Positions 41,001 to 52,534 are shown, counted from the whole stretch's first letter. The stretch: DNA of 62,608 nt, filler included, from Syncephalis fuscata S228 (GCA_025786725.1; 4 parts of 4 records of this genome joined end to end with filler, not necessarily neighbours in it), one strand, 5' to 3'. Notes: generated from the sequence alone by a model not told the origin. Made by a program: numbers and translations.

Positions 41001-41299
41001 TGAGCCGGGATGGTATCAACATGAACCAATCCTTGACAGGCGTTCGACGTGACTTTGAGGCTTCGGGTACTCCATCCAATCTCAAAGGCATTCTTCGCAT
41101 CCATCTCGAGTTTCCTGGCGTCGAGGGCGGTAATCTAGTTACTTATATCGAAGAGGACCCTGTGACTGGTATCGAGGATGTAATGGTGTATATAGGCCTT
41201 TCGAACCTGGACGATTTTTTTTTCGAGGGCATCGCAGAAAACAAGGACGATATGATCAAATTGAAAAGGTTGATTAAATTCGTCTCTGACTCAAAGTAA
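38047..41299 (+). pseudogene. Crinkler (CRN)-type gene: ubiquitin-like header, P-loop NTPase and restriction-endonuclease-like C-terminus; in-frame TGA at 40374 and a frameshift at about 40997
   Basis: Exons 38047-38101, 38390-38755, 38927-38941 and 39034-41299. Header ends in ..TALIVVAP, followed by Walker A APSGSGKT, Walker B LVIALDEAQ and PD-(D/E)xK-like RPDGVWF..LAIKLY. Confidence 0.75.
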
Positions 41300-42128
41300 A
41301 GATCGTTTAGAAATAACACTACAATTTCTAATTCAAATTCTCTACTTTTTTGTCCATATGCCTTACGTTTTGATGTTTCTTCATCGTTATATACGACTTT
41401 TGAAGCGCTGCCAGCTGTCCTACTGCAACGCGTGTTAGACGCGTCAAGACTAATTTTTTCACGCCGCCAGCTGACCATCATATACACCTTACTTGTAATA
41501 AATACAACGCAAAAATGCAGTACACAAATATATTATGTAAAAACTAGTACTAATAGTATTGAAACAGTAGTTGATGTTGAAATAAACGTTTTTATTGAAG
41601 AGTAAATACAAATTATTAACGAAACAGCTATACGAAAAGAAAGCGCGTCATTAAAGAGTATTCAAACTGCAATGAACGTCATTATAGATAATAACATAAT
41701 ATGATAAAATGTATAATTATGACAGTATTTACTATTAATATATTTATACAGAATACTGATTGTAATATTATATGATAAAACTAAATAATGCAAAATGAAT
41801 ATACAGCGTTAAGTAAAAGTATAAATGAATACATTTATTTAATAATAGACATACAGTGTACATTTGTAAATATATAAATTATACAACTATATAACTAGCT
41901 ATGTTAATTGACCGACTATACTGCTAATTATATCACTAAATATTTAGTACACATTGTAAAAAGTCCATACAAAATTATATACGATATATGAGCAAATACA
42001 TAACTAACGAGCAATATAAGTATGGATATAAACAATTATTTAATGTAGTATAAAATGGGAAATTAGAAAAATAAATAGTCGCTAAATTTAATTTAATTAA
42101 TTCTATTTAATAAATAAAATCTATCGTA

Positions 42129-43440
42129 ATGTCTACTAAACTATTTAAAAAAGCTATATTTAACAGTATTAAAAAACTGAGAGCCGCTATTGACAAGTTT
42201 AAGCTTGTTAACAGTTGCAATTTTAAGAGTAAAATAGCAATTCAACAAGATTACAGCTTATTTGTCCTCATGAAGACCGTTCCAGCAACAAATGCCAGTT
42301 TGTTTTAACTGCCAAAAAGCGGAAAATCGGCTTATTAAAAATTGTTTAATGCAATATTAAACATTTTAATGGTTGTTTATATGATTCTGGTAATGATACT
42401 ATTAAATCTATTATTAAATATATTACAAGTGGTGTCGCTATATTCTCAAATGTAAAATCAACAGATGTACGAACAAAAGTATCAATGTACACATTTGATT
42501 AGTTAATATACAATAACAATTGCAATAGCTTAATAGATGCTATTATTTCTTACTACAAAGCTTGTTCTGCTCTTAATTTAATGGAAAAGAATAACATTAA
42601 CAGCAATATTAATTTTTTTTCATTTATTAAATATTACTTTATCAAATTTGAACATTTTAATCCGGATTCTGTTCAGCACTTCTTGCAAAACCAGTCTGGT
42701 AATTTTGAAAGAACATTTTTATGCCATTTGTTATCTATTAAAGCTTGCCAGTATACCCGTAAAGTACTGGTAATTGATGGTTGTTATTTAAGGTTTTCTT
42801 ATGGCGGTATTGCTCTTGGTGCAGTTGTTAAAGATGGAAATAATAATATTTTACCTTTGGCTGTTGCTATAGTATTTCATAAAAATGAAAACAACTGGGT
42901 CTATTTCCTTAAACGTTTAGCAGATTCAGTACCTGAATTAAGTATTCACAAGCTCAAGGATTGTTAACTAATAATAGCTATTTTTTGTATAAATCAACAT
43001 TAACTGACATCAATAACTATATAGTTGATGATTATTCTGATACCAAATTTCAAATTAAAACTACTAATTTTGAAGAATTGTGGGTTTTTATTAAATGATT
43101 TTATTAATAAATCTTACACCATTGATTATTTGAACAAATTATATGCTCCAGAAATTTGCCTGGTTGAAATAGAGCCAATTACTGCGGATGTTTTGTGTTT
43201 GCCACCGAAAATAACGAAGAAAGCCGGTGGATCAAGAGTTAAAAGAATTAGATGTTGTGGTAAAGCTTTGAAAGCCACCCAACGATATAACTGTCGCAAT
43301 TGTAGCTTAAAAGACACAATACAAGAACATGCACTGCAAACACTAGCACTAACAATGTTGAAACAAGCATCTTTATTGAGGAACAAATACAAACTACTAA
43401 TGAAACAACTATCAAGAAAAGCGTTATTAAAGAATGTTTA
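42129..43440 (+). mobile_element. Mutator/MULE transposase relic (degenerate)
   Basis: MuDR-type N-terminal C-C-H-C region, MULE core VLVIDGCYL..YGG..AVVKDGNNNILPLAVAIV..NENNWVYFL, and C-terminal LPPKITKKAG..KRI..CRNC knuckle. Stops and frameshifts are present. Confidence 0.85.
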
Positions 43441-45539
43441 ATTTGTGATAAACGTCATTAAAAGAAAACGAAGTGTGGAGCAAACAAAAAATAGTTTTAT
43501 TAATAAATAAATTTAATAAATTTAATAAATAATGTATGGCAAAGACTGCATATGAATAATTTGTAAGCATTTTGGGTTTGTCTAAAGAATTGTTCCAAAA
43601 GTGCATATGGCGACTCGAGGGCAAGAGGAATAAAACGTCAGTCATTAATGGCCTTTAGAGTCCATAAGAATATGGTGTGGAGGAACGGAGACCGTCCCGG
43701 AGATTGTAAGTAATACTGTTACCGAATTGTTTGGCAAATACAAATAAAAGTGTATTTCAAGAACACAGATTCAATTGGTAGAACACTTATGTTAAAGTTA
43801 GTGAATTTATTGAGAGATTATGGTTTTTATTAAATAAAGTAGTGTTTAGTGTTTATATGAGTACTTGTTAGTTACCCTTTCATCCTTTATCATCGTCGTC
43901 CAAGCATATGCAGTCTCCTTTTCATCCATCAGATTTACCTTAAATAGTTTTTATGCTTTGATACTGCTCTTCTATTTCTACTACCTTTATTTTTTGGTTC
44001 TTGATGATATTGGTAACCTCTTTCAAATGAGCTTCATAAGTCTGCGAAGTTTACCGGACATACTGCTATATTTTCAATATTTTTCTAACTTTTTTCTATA
44101 GACTTCGTTTTGTTTTATTATAATACTTGGCAACATGATATATAATCGTGAGTAATAGAGAGTGAGTGAGTGAGCAAACTGCCAACCAACGCTTTGTCCA
44201 TAATATAGTTTCAGCATAAAACTAATGCTACAGTACCAAGAATGTGCAAAAACTGACACCCTTGTCCAAAGTTGACACTGTATGGCGGATATTGACTCAT
44301 TAGAACAGGAAAAGAGCAAGAATGAAATATTCGGAACTTGATTCTTGAGCAATGGCAAATGTTCACTTTGGTTTTGTTGCAGTACGCATTATAGCATGTC
44401 GTGTATAACTTGATCAATAAAAGCTATTTTTTGTTCGACCAACTAATAGTATCAGTAGCTGAAAGCAGCGTTTTACTATTGAAAATGTCGCAAGACATCA
44501 CATTACAAATAATGCTTATTGTAAGACAGGTCATAAATGATTTTATAATATATCGCTTAAATATTGTCAATGGTATGTCATGTACAAAAATATGTTTAAA
44601 TATATTGTATGTATAAATTTAGTAAATCATTCATCTTTGTAATTGTTATACTTTAACCGTCACCGCCGGGTACACTCGACAAAAGAAAAAATTGAAGAGA
44701 GAATTAAGCCAATATCAGATGACTTTGTTGTGCAAGAGTTCACTCATAAGTCTTTGGGTAGTTTAAAAAGGAAATTTGTGTAAACATATACTATAAGCCA
44801 GTGTTTATTATTAGCTCCATGTTATTAAATTGAATGAAAATAAAAGCTTTTGACCATTGGATCATTTATACAGCTTATTATTTACAACATCAAAATAACT
44901 ATATTTGTAAAATAATCAGTGCATTTTATAATTCAATAGGTGCAGGCAGTTACACAGGATAGTGCATTTTTATCAAGCAATAGCTTATTGTATTAAATCT
45001 ATTGCATTATATTTAAATATCCTGTTTAGATTATATTTAAATATTAGTTATTGAAGTTTTTTAGGGAAAAAGAAAACAAAGACACAGCAATGTGATTGCC
45101 GTTGTTTTCAAAAGACAAAACAACCTTTATCGTGGTATTGTTAAACCTGTCATTACACAATACAAATCGACACGCTTGTTGATATCACATACGTGACGAT
45201 TAGTGCATGCGCATTATTTGTTTGTGCCAAACAAGTTATAACAACAGGCCTTTTTGAATTCTATTCTAGTATTACTCTATTTTTATATGTATGTTCCAAA
45301 AAACCATCTGGACTTGTTCCATTGATTCACGTTGTATTCTAACAATACAATCAATACAATAAACGTTCTGTTGATACTACAACATAATCATAGGTTTAAA
45401 TAGAGCACAGAATAAGCATAAATAGTCAGCGATATTACCATCACACTCTAATCTTCAGCAAATAAGCATTTTCACCTACTCTATATCAATTCTATTTCAC
45501 TATTCATTTTACTTTTCTGTTTTAACAAACAATATCACC

Positions 45540-46494
45540 ATGCGACTTTCTATTGCCATCTTCTGCGTTCTTTTCGTGGCTTTTGTGGCTAATACAAGCA
45601 TAGTAGATGTTAGTCCAACTCTAACCCGGCGTGGTACGTTACAATTACAATATATTTTATAGAGCTATGCTTATAGTATATAATTAACCAATGATGTTGT
45701 TAGGCGGTAAGTCGCAACTACGTAGCGCCGGTTATATGTTAACTGGCAATTCAATTAAACATTGCTTTTTATTAAACTAAAACCAATAGAAAGTAAGTAC
45801 CATACTTCATTAGTTACATATACACTAATTTCATATTGCCTCTATGTATCAATAATTTACTATTACCAGAACGTAAGTAGTATTGCATATTGGTTGTTTA
45901 TCCTCTAATCACAAACTATGTATCGTATTCATTAACAATTTAATGTTAAAAGGCTGTAAGTAATACTGTATATTAGTTGACCACGTATTAAATAAATACT
46001 ATATGATATTTGTATTAAAAACTTAATATAATAGGTCGTAAGTTGTATTGTATATTAATTAGCTACGCACTAATTGCATATTGTACACTTTGTGCATTAA
46101 TAATTTAATATGGATAGCTTGTAAGTGGTATTGCATACTGATTAACTATGTGCTAATTACAATTTGTTTATTATGCATATTGGCAAATTAACATTGATAG
46201 ATAGTAAGTGATATTACATGTATATTATTCGTGTCAATAATTTAATGTTAATAGTTAGTAAGTTGTATTATATGTCAACTAGCTATGTACTAATTATATG
46301 ATATGTATTTTGTTTATTGGCAAATTGATTTGATAGATTGTAAGTGTTTTACATGGAAATTAATTATTTACTAAATATATACTCACTATTTGCATCAAAA
46401 ACTTAATATTAATAGGTTGTAAGTAGAATTACATATTATTGTTTTATGAATTAATTATATGTCATTTGCTATGTGTATATATATAAACATAGAA
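45540..46494 (+). CDS. Micro-exon secreted peptide precursor: MRLSIAIFCVLFVAFVANTSIVDVSPTLTRR-GEKRCPYINC (41 aa; 12 exons, ten of them 3 nt)
   Basis: Exon 1 is 45540-45633. The 3-nt exons are at 45704 GCG, 45790 AAA, 45870 AAC, 45953 GCT, 46035 GTC, 46118 CTT, 46201 ATA, 46255 TTA, 46337 ATT and 46416 GTT, each written AG-NNN-GTAAGT. The last exon starts at 46493 and completes TAA. Confidence 0.85.
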
Positions 46495-47384
46495 TAACTG
46501 ATACACGCAAGACATTAACATTAGTAGCGTAATTAGACTGCAGCCTAATTTATTTTAAATACATATTTGAAAAGCAAAAACCACTGACACCTATGCCATT
46601 TAGACCATCCAAATATTAAATTTTAGCCAACTCTCTGGTTTATTCATCTATGTAGACTTGTTTGAGTAAACACAAGTTTGTTTTAATTGTATTTAGCAAT
46701 CTGTTACATTTTGTTCAGTGTTTATTTACATTCAATGATCAGCAGTGATTAATCAACTAAGTAAATTAACAGCAAATTTATACAAATATACTTTGTTTCA
46801 AATATATATACACGGTTGTTCCAATATTGATACTAAAATAGCAATATTTTATTTGAATAGTGTGACAATATCTACTAACAATGTAATCAGCTGTACTAAT
46901 TTGAAAAATGCCATACAGCCAAAGAGCTATAATATTGGTAGAAGTATAGTAATACTTCATTATTCGCTTTGAATCTATGTACATTGTTATAAAACAGGCG
47001 TTATAGTATTGAATATTGCACAATTAGCACTTCACTCTATTGAAAATAGTACCGTTTAGTTAAAACTATTACCAAACTATGTATTAAACGAATTAAGTGC
47101 GTACACTAATCAATAATCATGCTAGTGACAATTAATGGATACCATGAAAGAGGAAACTGATTGAAGATAAAGCAATATAATTAAGAACAAACAATGAATG
47201 CATTGGAATAAGCAAATGATGTAAAATAGCTGACACTTTGAATCAAATAGTGTAATTAAATCTTTTTATTATGATCTAATATGGGCATCACTAAATAAAT
47301 GGTCCAATGTGGATTGCACACTTGAATATAAGTTTTTATTCTTTTTATATATAGTAAATATGCAATTTTAAGCTAATATTTTAA

Positions 47385-48351
47385 AAAAGCGGTTTTAACG
47401 TAATTAGGTGTTAAAATGCAATGGCATATGAATTAAAAATAATAGCATTTAATTAATAAGGCGTTACTAATAATACGTATAACTTTATGTATAATAAATA
47501 AATTGTTTAATATTTTGCACAAATATTATGTAATATGTAGATAGTCATTGCCAAAGTATACCATGATTGTATTGCGTGATAGTGCAATAGTAGTGATAAT
47601 ACGCTAATAAATGTGTAAAAATAGCAGTTTTTTACTATTTATGCTTGTATAATTAAAATACAGCAAAATAGTTGGCAGATTCGAGTTCCCCATGCTAAGC
47701 TGTACCGTTTGGTATAAGATTTAGAACAATGATTTTTGCAACAAATGTTAGTCAAAAATACGATTTACATAAGTAGCTTAATGAAAATCTGCTATATGTA
47801 AATATATGGCATAGCTTACTACTATATGTCGTTATTTATGCATAACAACTTATTATGCTTGTTTTAGTGTTGTAGAATGCTTTGAATTTACTTTAAGCCA
47901 AATTTAATTATTAGTATTAAATTGCTTGAAATTATAAAGTCTAGTCACTTTTTGTTAATTTATACGTAAACTGCATTTTTGACTAACATTTGTTGCAAAA
48001 TCATTGTTCTAAATCTTATACCAAACGGTACAGCTTAGCATGGGGAACTCGAATCTGCCAACTATTTTGCTGTATTTTAATTATACAAGCCATAAATAGT
48101 AAAAAACTGCTATTTTTACACATTTATTAGCGTATTATCACTACTATTGCACTATCACGCAATACAATCATGGTATACTTTGGCAATGACTATCTACATA
48201 TTACATAAATATTTGTGCAAAATATTAAACAATTTGATTTATTATACATAAAGTTATACGTATTATTAGTAACGCCTTATTAATTAAATGCTATTATTTT
48301 TAATTCATATGCCATTGCATTTTAACACCTAATTACGTTAAAACCGCTTTT
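47385..48351. repeat. Long inverted repeat/foldback: arms about 47385-47759 and 47975-48351 with a ~215-nt spacer
   Basis: The arms are near-perfect reverse complements, e.g. GGCAGATTCGAGTTCCCCATGCTAAGCTGTACCGTTTGG versus CCAAACGGTACAGCTTAGCATGGGGAACTCGAATCTGCC. Confidence 0.95.
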
Positions 48352-49073
48352 CTAATACTGTTGCATATTTTTATAGCATTGGGCCAATAGTTTCAAATTT
48401 AAGTTTGTAGACTAGCGTTTTATTAATATTCAAGTTATTATAAAGTCTATTTTTTATTGTATCCAATTATTTTTTAATTATATACTATAATCTCTATAAA
48501 CAATATATTTTATTACATTATCAATATACTAGTACAGTTCTTGTGAAGCCTAGATAAAATATTACACGTGCTTCTTTATATACATGCAAAGTCTATTCCG
48601 ACTATTGATCCATTTTCAAATCCTTGTTATACTCCACTATTCGAATATACGCTTGATTGTTATTGATTTAATTATGATAGCCATATAGACAGCCTTAGTA
48701 ACCAATTTTAGTTTTGCTCTTGTAGCTTCAACTGCGATGCCGTCAGTGTGACAGCTTGTACACTAAGCAGTATCAAATATTACATATAAATCAAGAGGCT
48801 TTGTATTCAGCTAATTATGCTTGTACTAATTTCCCACCTAGCCTCTTACTGCTTGACAGTGTATCTGGCTTGCTATCAACATTGATTAGTATACTAACAT
48901 GTTTGATGAACGATTAATATGATACAAATACTGTGGTGTATTTATTTATTTGCTTCTGCCATCATCCAGCCATTTAGCGTCGATTATTTCACTATAAACA
49001 CACTTGATGCAAATGTTAATGTTTATTACTAAAAGTAATTGTCTATCATACTGGTGTTTTATAGTTAATTTTG

Positions 49074-50594
49074 TTAATCAGATACATGCAAACGGTTGGC
49101 ATTTGTATTTCTATCGAATTGTCTCAAGTATTGATCCGGCGTTAATCGCTCTTCGGGATTGAGTGTTAGCAGCCTATTTAGCATGTCTAATACGGGAGTA
49201 TATTCATTTGGATGTGCTACATACATATCAGGAAGCATGCTATATATTCCTAGTTGGAAGAGCCCATTAAGCAAAAACTGTGAGTATCCTCGCAAAGGCT
49301 TATTTTCAAAAACACAGTTTTGCGCAGCAATGAATAAGTCTAGCATTTCTGTCGTTAAATAAATTTGCTTGATTGGCGACAACGATATATCAATGCTGTT
49401 CTTTGGAAATCCGCTGTTCGTATTTAATAGAATAGCTCGACCTTTATTTTTTGTTATTAATCCAGATTGATAGCTATTTTCAATAAGTTTCTTGAAGTAT
49501 GGCATAAATCTTTTGAACTGCTGTTGTGTGTCGTGGAGTTCTGGCTTGACGTCTGGCATTTTGGAAAAAGTTTCTTCTAAAATTTGTTTAGTGGATTTTT
49601 TTGACATCTTAAAGTAGAATTCATATTGGAAAGCATAAAAAAGTTCGCCAATTCTCCATAGATCAGCCTTACGTGGATCGATTTTAGTATTTTTGATCCA
49701 TTCAGGAAGATATAATAGTTTTATTTGAGGTGCATCTATCGGTACTACAATATTGTTTTTAAATTCGATGCGTCTTAGCTGTTCAATTTTCATTACATTG
49801 ATAACAGGATATTTACTGAGATTTGATCTAATAACAATGTCTATAAAATATAGTTAGCAATGATTTAAATGTTAAAGCAACATTTTCTTACTGAACTCAT
49901 TTAAACTAATATTGGTCCATCCAACTTTGTGGATATAATTAATACCTAATCATATTTCATTATGAGATACTGTGCATACTCAAACATATCGGCTAGGCCT
50001 ACCTTGTATCAATTTAGTGAAAAATGATAAAATCGATTTAGCTTCAGCCAAACATGGTATGTAATTTAAATAAAAATCATTCAAATTTTCATCAACTGAG
50101 CGAGGCATAACAAAACAGCGCTTGCCTCGAAAAGTGAACGAGCGTTGCGGGTGTAAAACATACTGGCGTCCGGGATCATTTTGTAATAGCACTCGTTTGC
50201 GGCTAAGGTCCTAGATTTATAATTGCTTAGCTAGTTGTAATATTGGCAATATTTAATAAATACCTGAAGAAATCGAAATTTATCATTGAGATTGTTTCGT
50301 ATGCGGCACATGACATTCACATCCATGCCTTGTAGTTGTTGCTCCCATGATGTCTCTTCACCTTGTTCAAATCCAGCGGGTATATCAATACCATCGTATA
50401 CTTGCGGTGGATCAGGTTCAAATACATCTATATATCAATGCTATTAGTATGGATGCATAAACTATCTGGTATAATAATCTACCTTCGGGTAAATTGGCTT
50501 TACGCGGTGTAGCAAATATAGGCTGAACAATAAATATCAGTGCCAAGACGCTGCTTATCATTGTAACTTGGTTCCATTTCAAAATTGGCATCAT
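49074..50594 (-). CDS. Secreted protein-kinase-like (probable pseudokinase) protein, multi-exon
   Basis: Signal peptide MMPILKWNQVTMISSVLALIFIVQPIFA, followed by kinase-fold landmarks VLHPQRSF..RCFVMP, LIQGINYIHKVGW, YLPEW, KADLWRIGELFY and DMLNRLLTLNPEERLT. Confidence 0.72.
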
Positions 50595-51745
50595 GTTTAT
50601 AATTAGTTACTTTAAAAATACGTGTAGAAAAGTAAGTGCAAAACGTAATGTACTTATCGTGGAAAATATTGAACAAAAATACTCGACAGACGGCATATTT
50701 ATGTCTTTTTTGCTTTTATTCTTCAATGCTTTATATTGCCATTTAAAAACAGGCCATGCCACCCTTGCCTGTTAAGGTATATTTAAATATCTGCAATATA
50801 TATATTGCTCCTTGATAACACCTTCCATTTGAGCAAAAAGCGACTGAGTACCAAATATTCTGAAATAAAGTGTGTATATAATTATTTCTTATTTTTGCAT
50901 TCTTATTCTTTTGCTTATTTATATTTTTGTTTTAAATAAGCCATGTTGCTATTGCCAATTAATTTACTATGTCTAAAAAACGTGATACATATATATATTA
51001 GTATTAGTATTATCATTAAGGGATCAAATACATTATATATGAATATTATTATTATAAGCATAACCTCGTGATTATGTAGAAATATTAGCACTGTTATGCT
51101 TTAGTATAATCGTGGGTGATAAATCAATCCAATGTAAATTGCATGTTCAACTCTAAATTCTTTTAAATTTATTTATTTGTTGATAACTAAGATGCAACTG
51201 TAAACTATGACATCAAAAGCCTTTTTTTTAAATCTGTATAATAACTTTAATATAAATAAAATACTGTGGCTATACATTATGATTTCTACAAACAATGGAT
51301 ATAGTGTCACATGATTGCTTTTTACCCACTTTCTTCCTATCAGGCAATACTAGATCCACATGGCTTCGCCTATGCCTTTTGCGAGTACACTTGCGCACAC
51401 GAATTAAGGTAACATAGCTATGTACATGATGCACGAGGGACTCTGCGTTTATTCATTCATTAGTTCGACCTCAGTGGTCTTTAACAATGAAACGAGACTG
51501 ATATCAAATATAAAACATGCGAATCTTATGTTGATAATTACTTTAAACCCCTCCCCCCAAAGCAGTAAATCATTTTATGCAATCTATTGTAATAGTTTAA
51601 TTCGATTAAATTGTGTTTAAATGATCATTCACAATAAATATTAACGTGATATAATAACATTATTATTTTCATAAAATAGAATTGATTGTAACAAAACATT
51701 ATATTAGTAATGATATTATGCATTTAAATAAATAATGTAACATAC

Positions 51746-51959
51746 TATTTGATTTAATTGAAACATTTGAAATTGATTATTGTTGCTGGCCATGTGTAGA
51801 AAGATTGATCAAATATTAATAAAAGCCATATGATTGCTATTCCATGTCATTCTGCGGTTGCTATTGTTGTTGCTACATACAGTGTGATTCCTTACATCTA
51901 AATAATTTCTTCTATTTTCCAATCTTCTACTGTTGCATTTGGGCATATCTGCGATGTAA
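51746..51959 (+). repeat. Dispersed repeat copy B (similar to 37107-37295)
   Basis: See copy A. Confidence 0.7.
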
Positions 51960-52534
51960 GATACTTGTTTATGGTGACAAAAAGGTAGAATGATTAGCAT
52001 TTCTGATGTTCACCATTTTTTTTGAGCATGGTTGGTATCAACTTAATAGGTGCAGTTTATTTGCCAACCATTAATGGAGCAAATAACCTCCACCATATGC
52101 AATAATGATAGGTTGAGTGTCTTCATCAGGAAAATTTTGTGGCGACAGTTGTAGCCAGAATATATGGCATGCCGTTGAGACTACTTGAACAGGTGTTAAT
52201 GTAAATAAAAGAAATAAAGACTAGTGATTGAATAGTGTTCTTTATTGATATTCAAATACGCATGCTATTTATATTGTCATATTCAACATTATTGTATAAT
52301 ATATTACTGAATAAAACAATAAGATAGCAATAGGAGAAGACGGTAAAATGAGTAAATAAAAATGTGAGAGTCAAAGTACAGTAGCTCCCAATATTAATTA
52401 TCATTACAATGATAAACACAACGTTCAGTCATTGGGTTTTTACGAAAATAAATTTATTTGTCTGTTTATTGCTCAAACAACAAAAACAACATACTGGAAA
52501 TATCAAAGCAAACCATTAATCGTTAGCTTCATAC

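Noticed and set aside
45704-46420. CRISPR-like or plain minisatellite reading of the ~82-bp periodic array
   Set aside because: The context is eukaryotic with no cas genes. The conserved parts are splice signals and the variable parts are exact 3-nt exons that read through to a sensible peptide and stop.
51345-51440. RNP1-like fragment LDPHGFAYAFCEY
   Set aside because: Too short, flanked by stops, and no gene model can be built.
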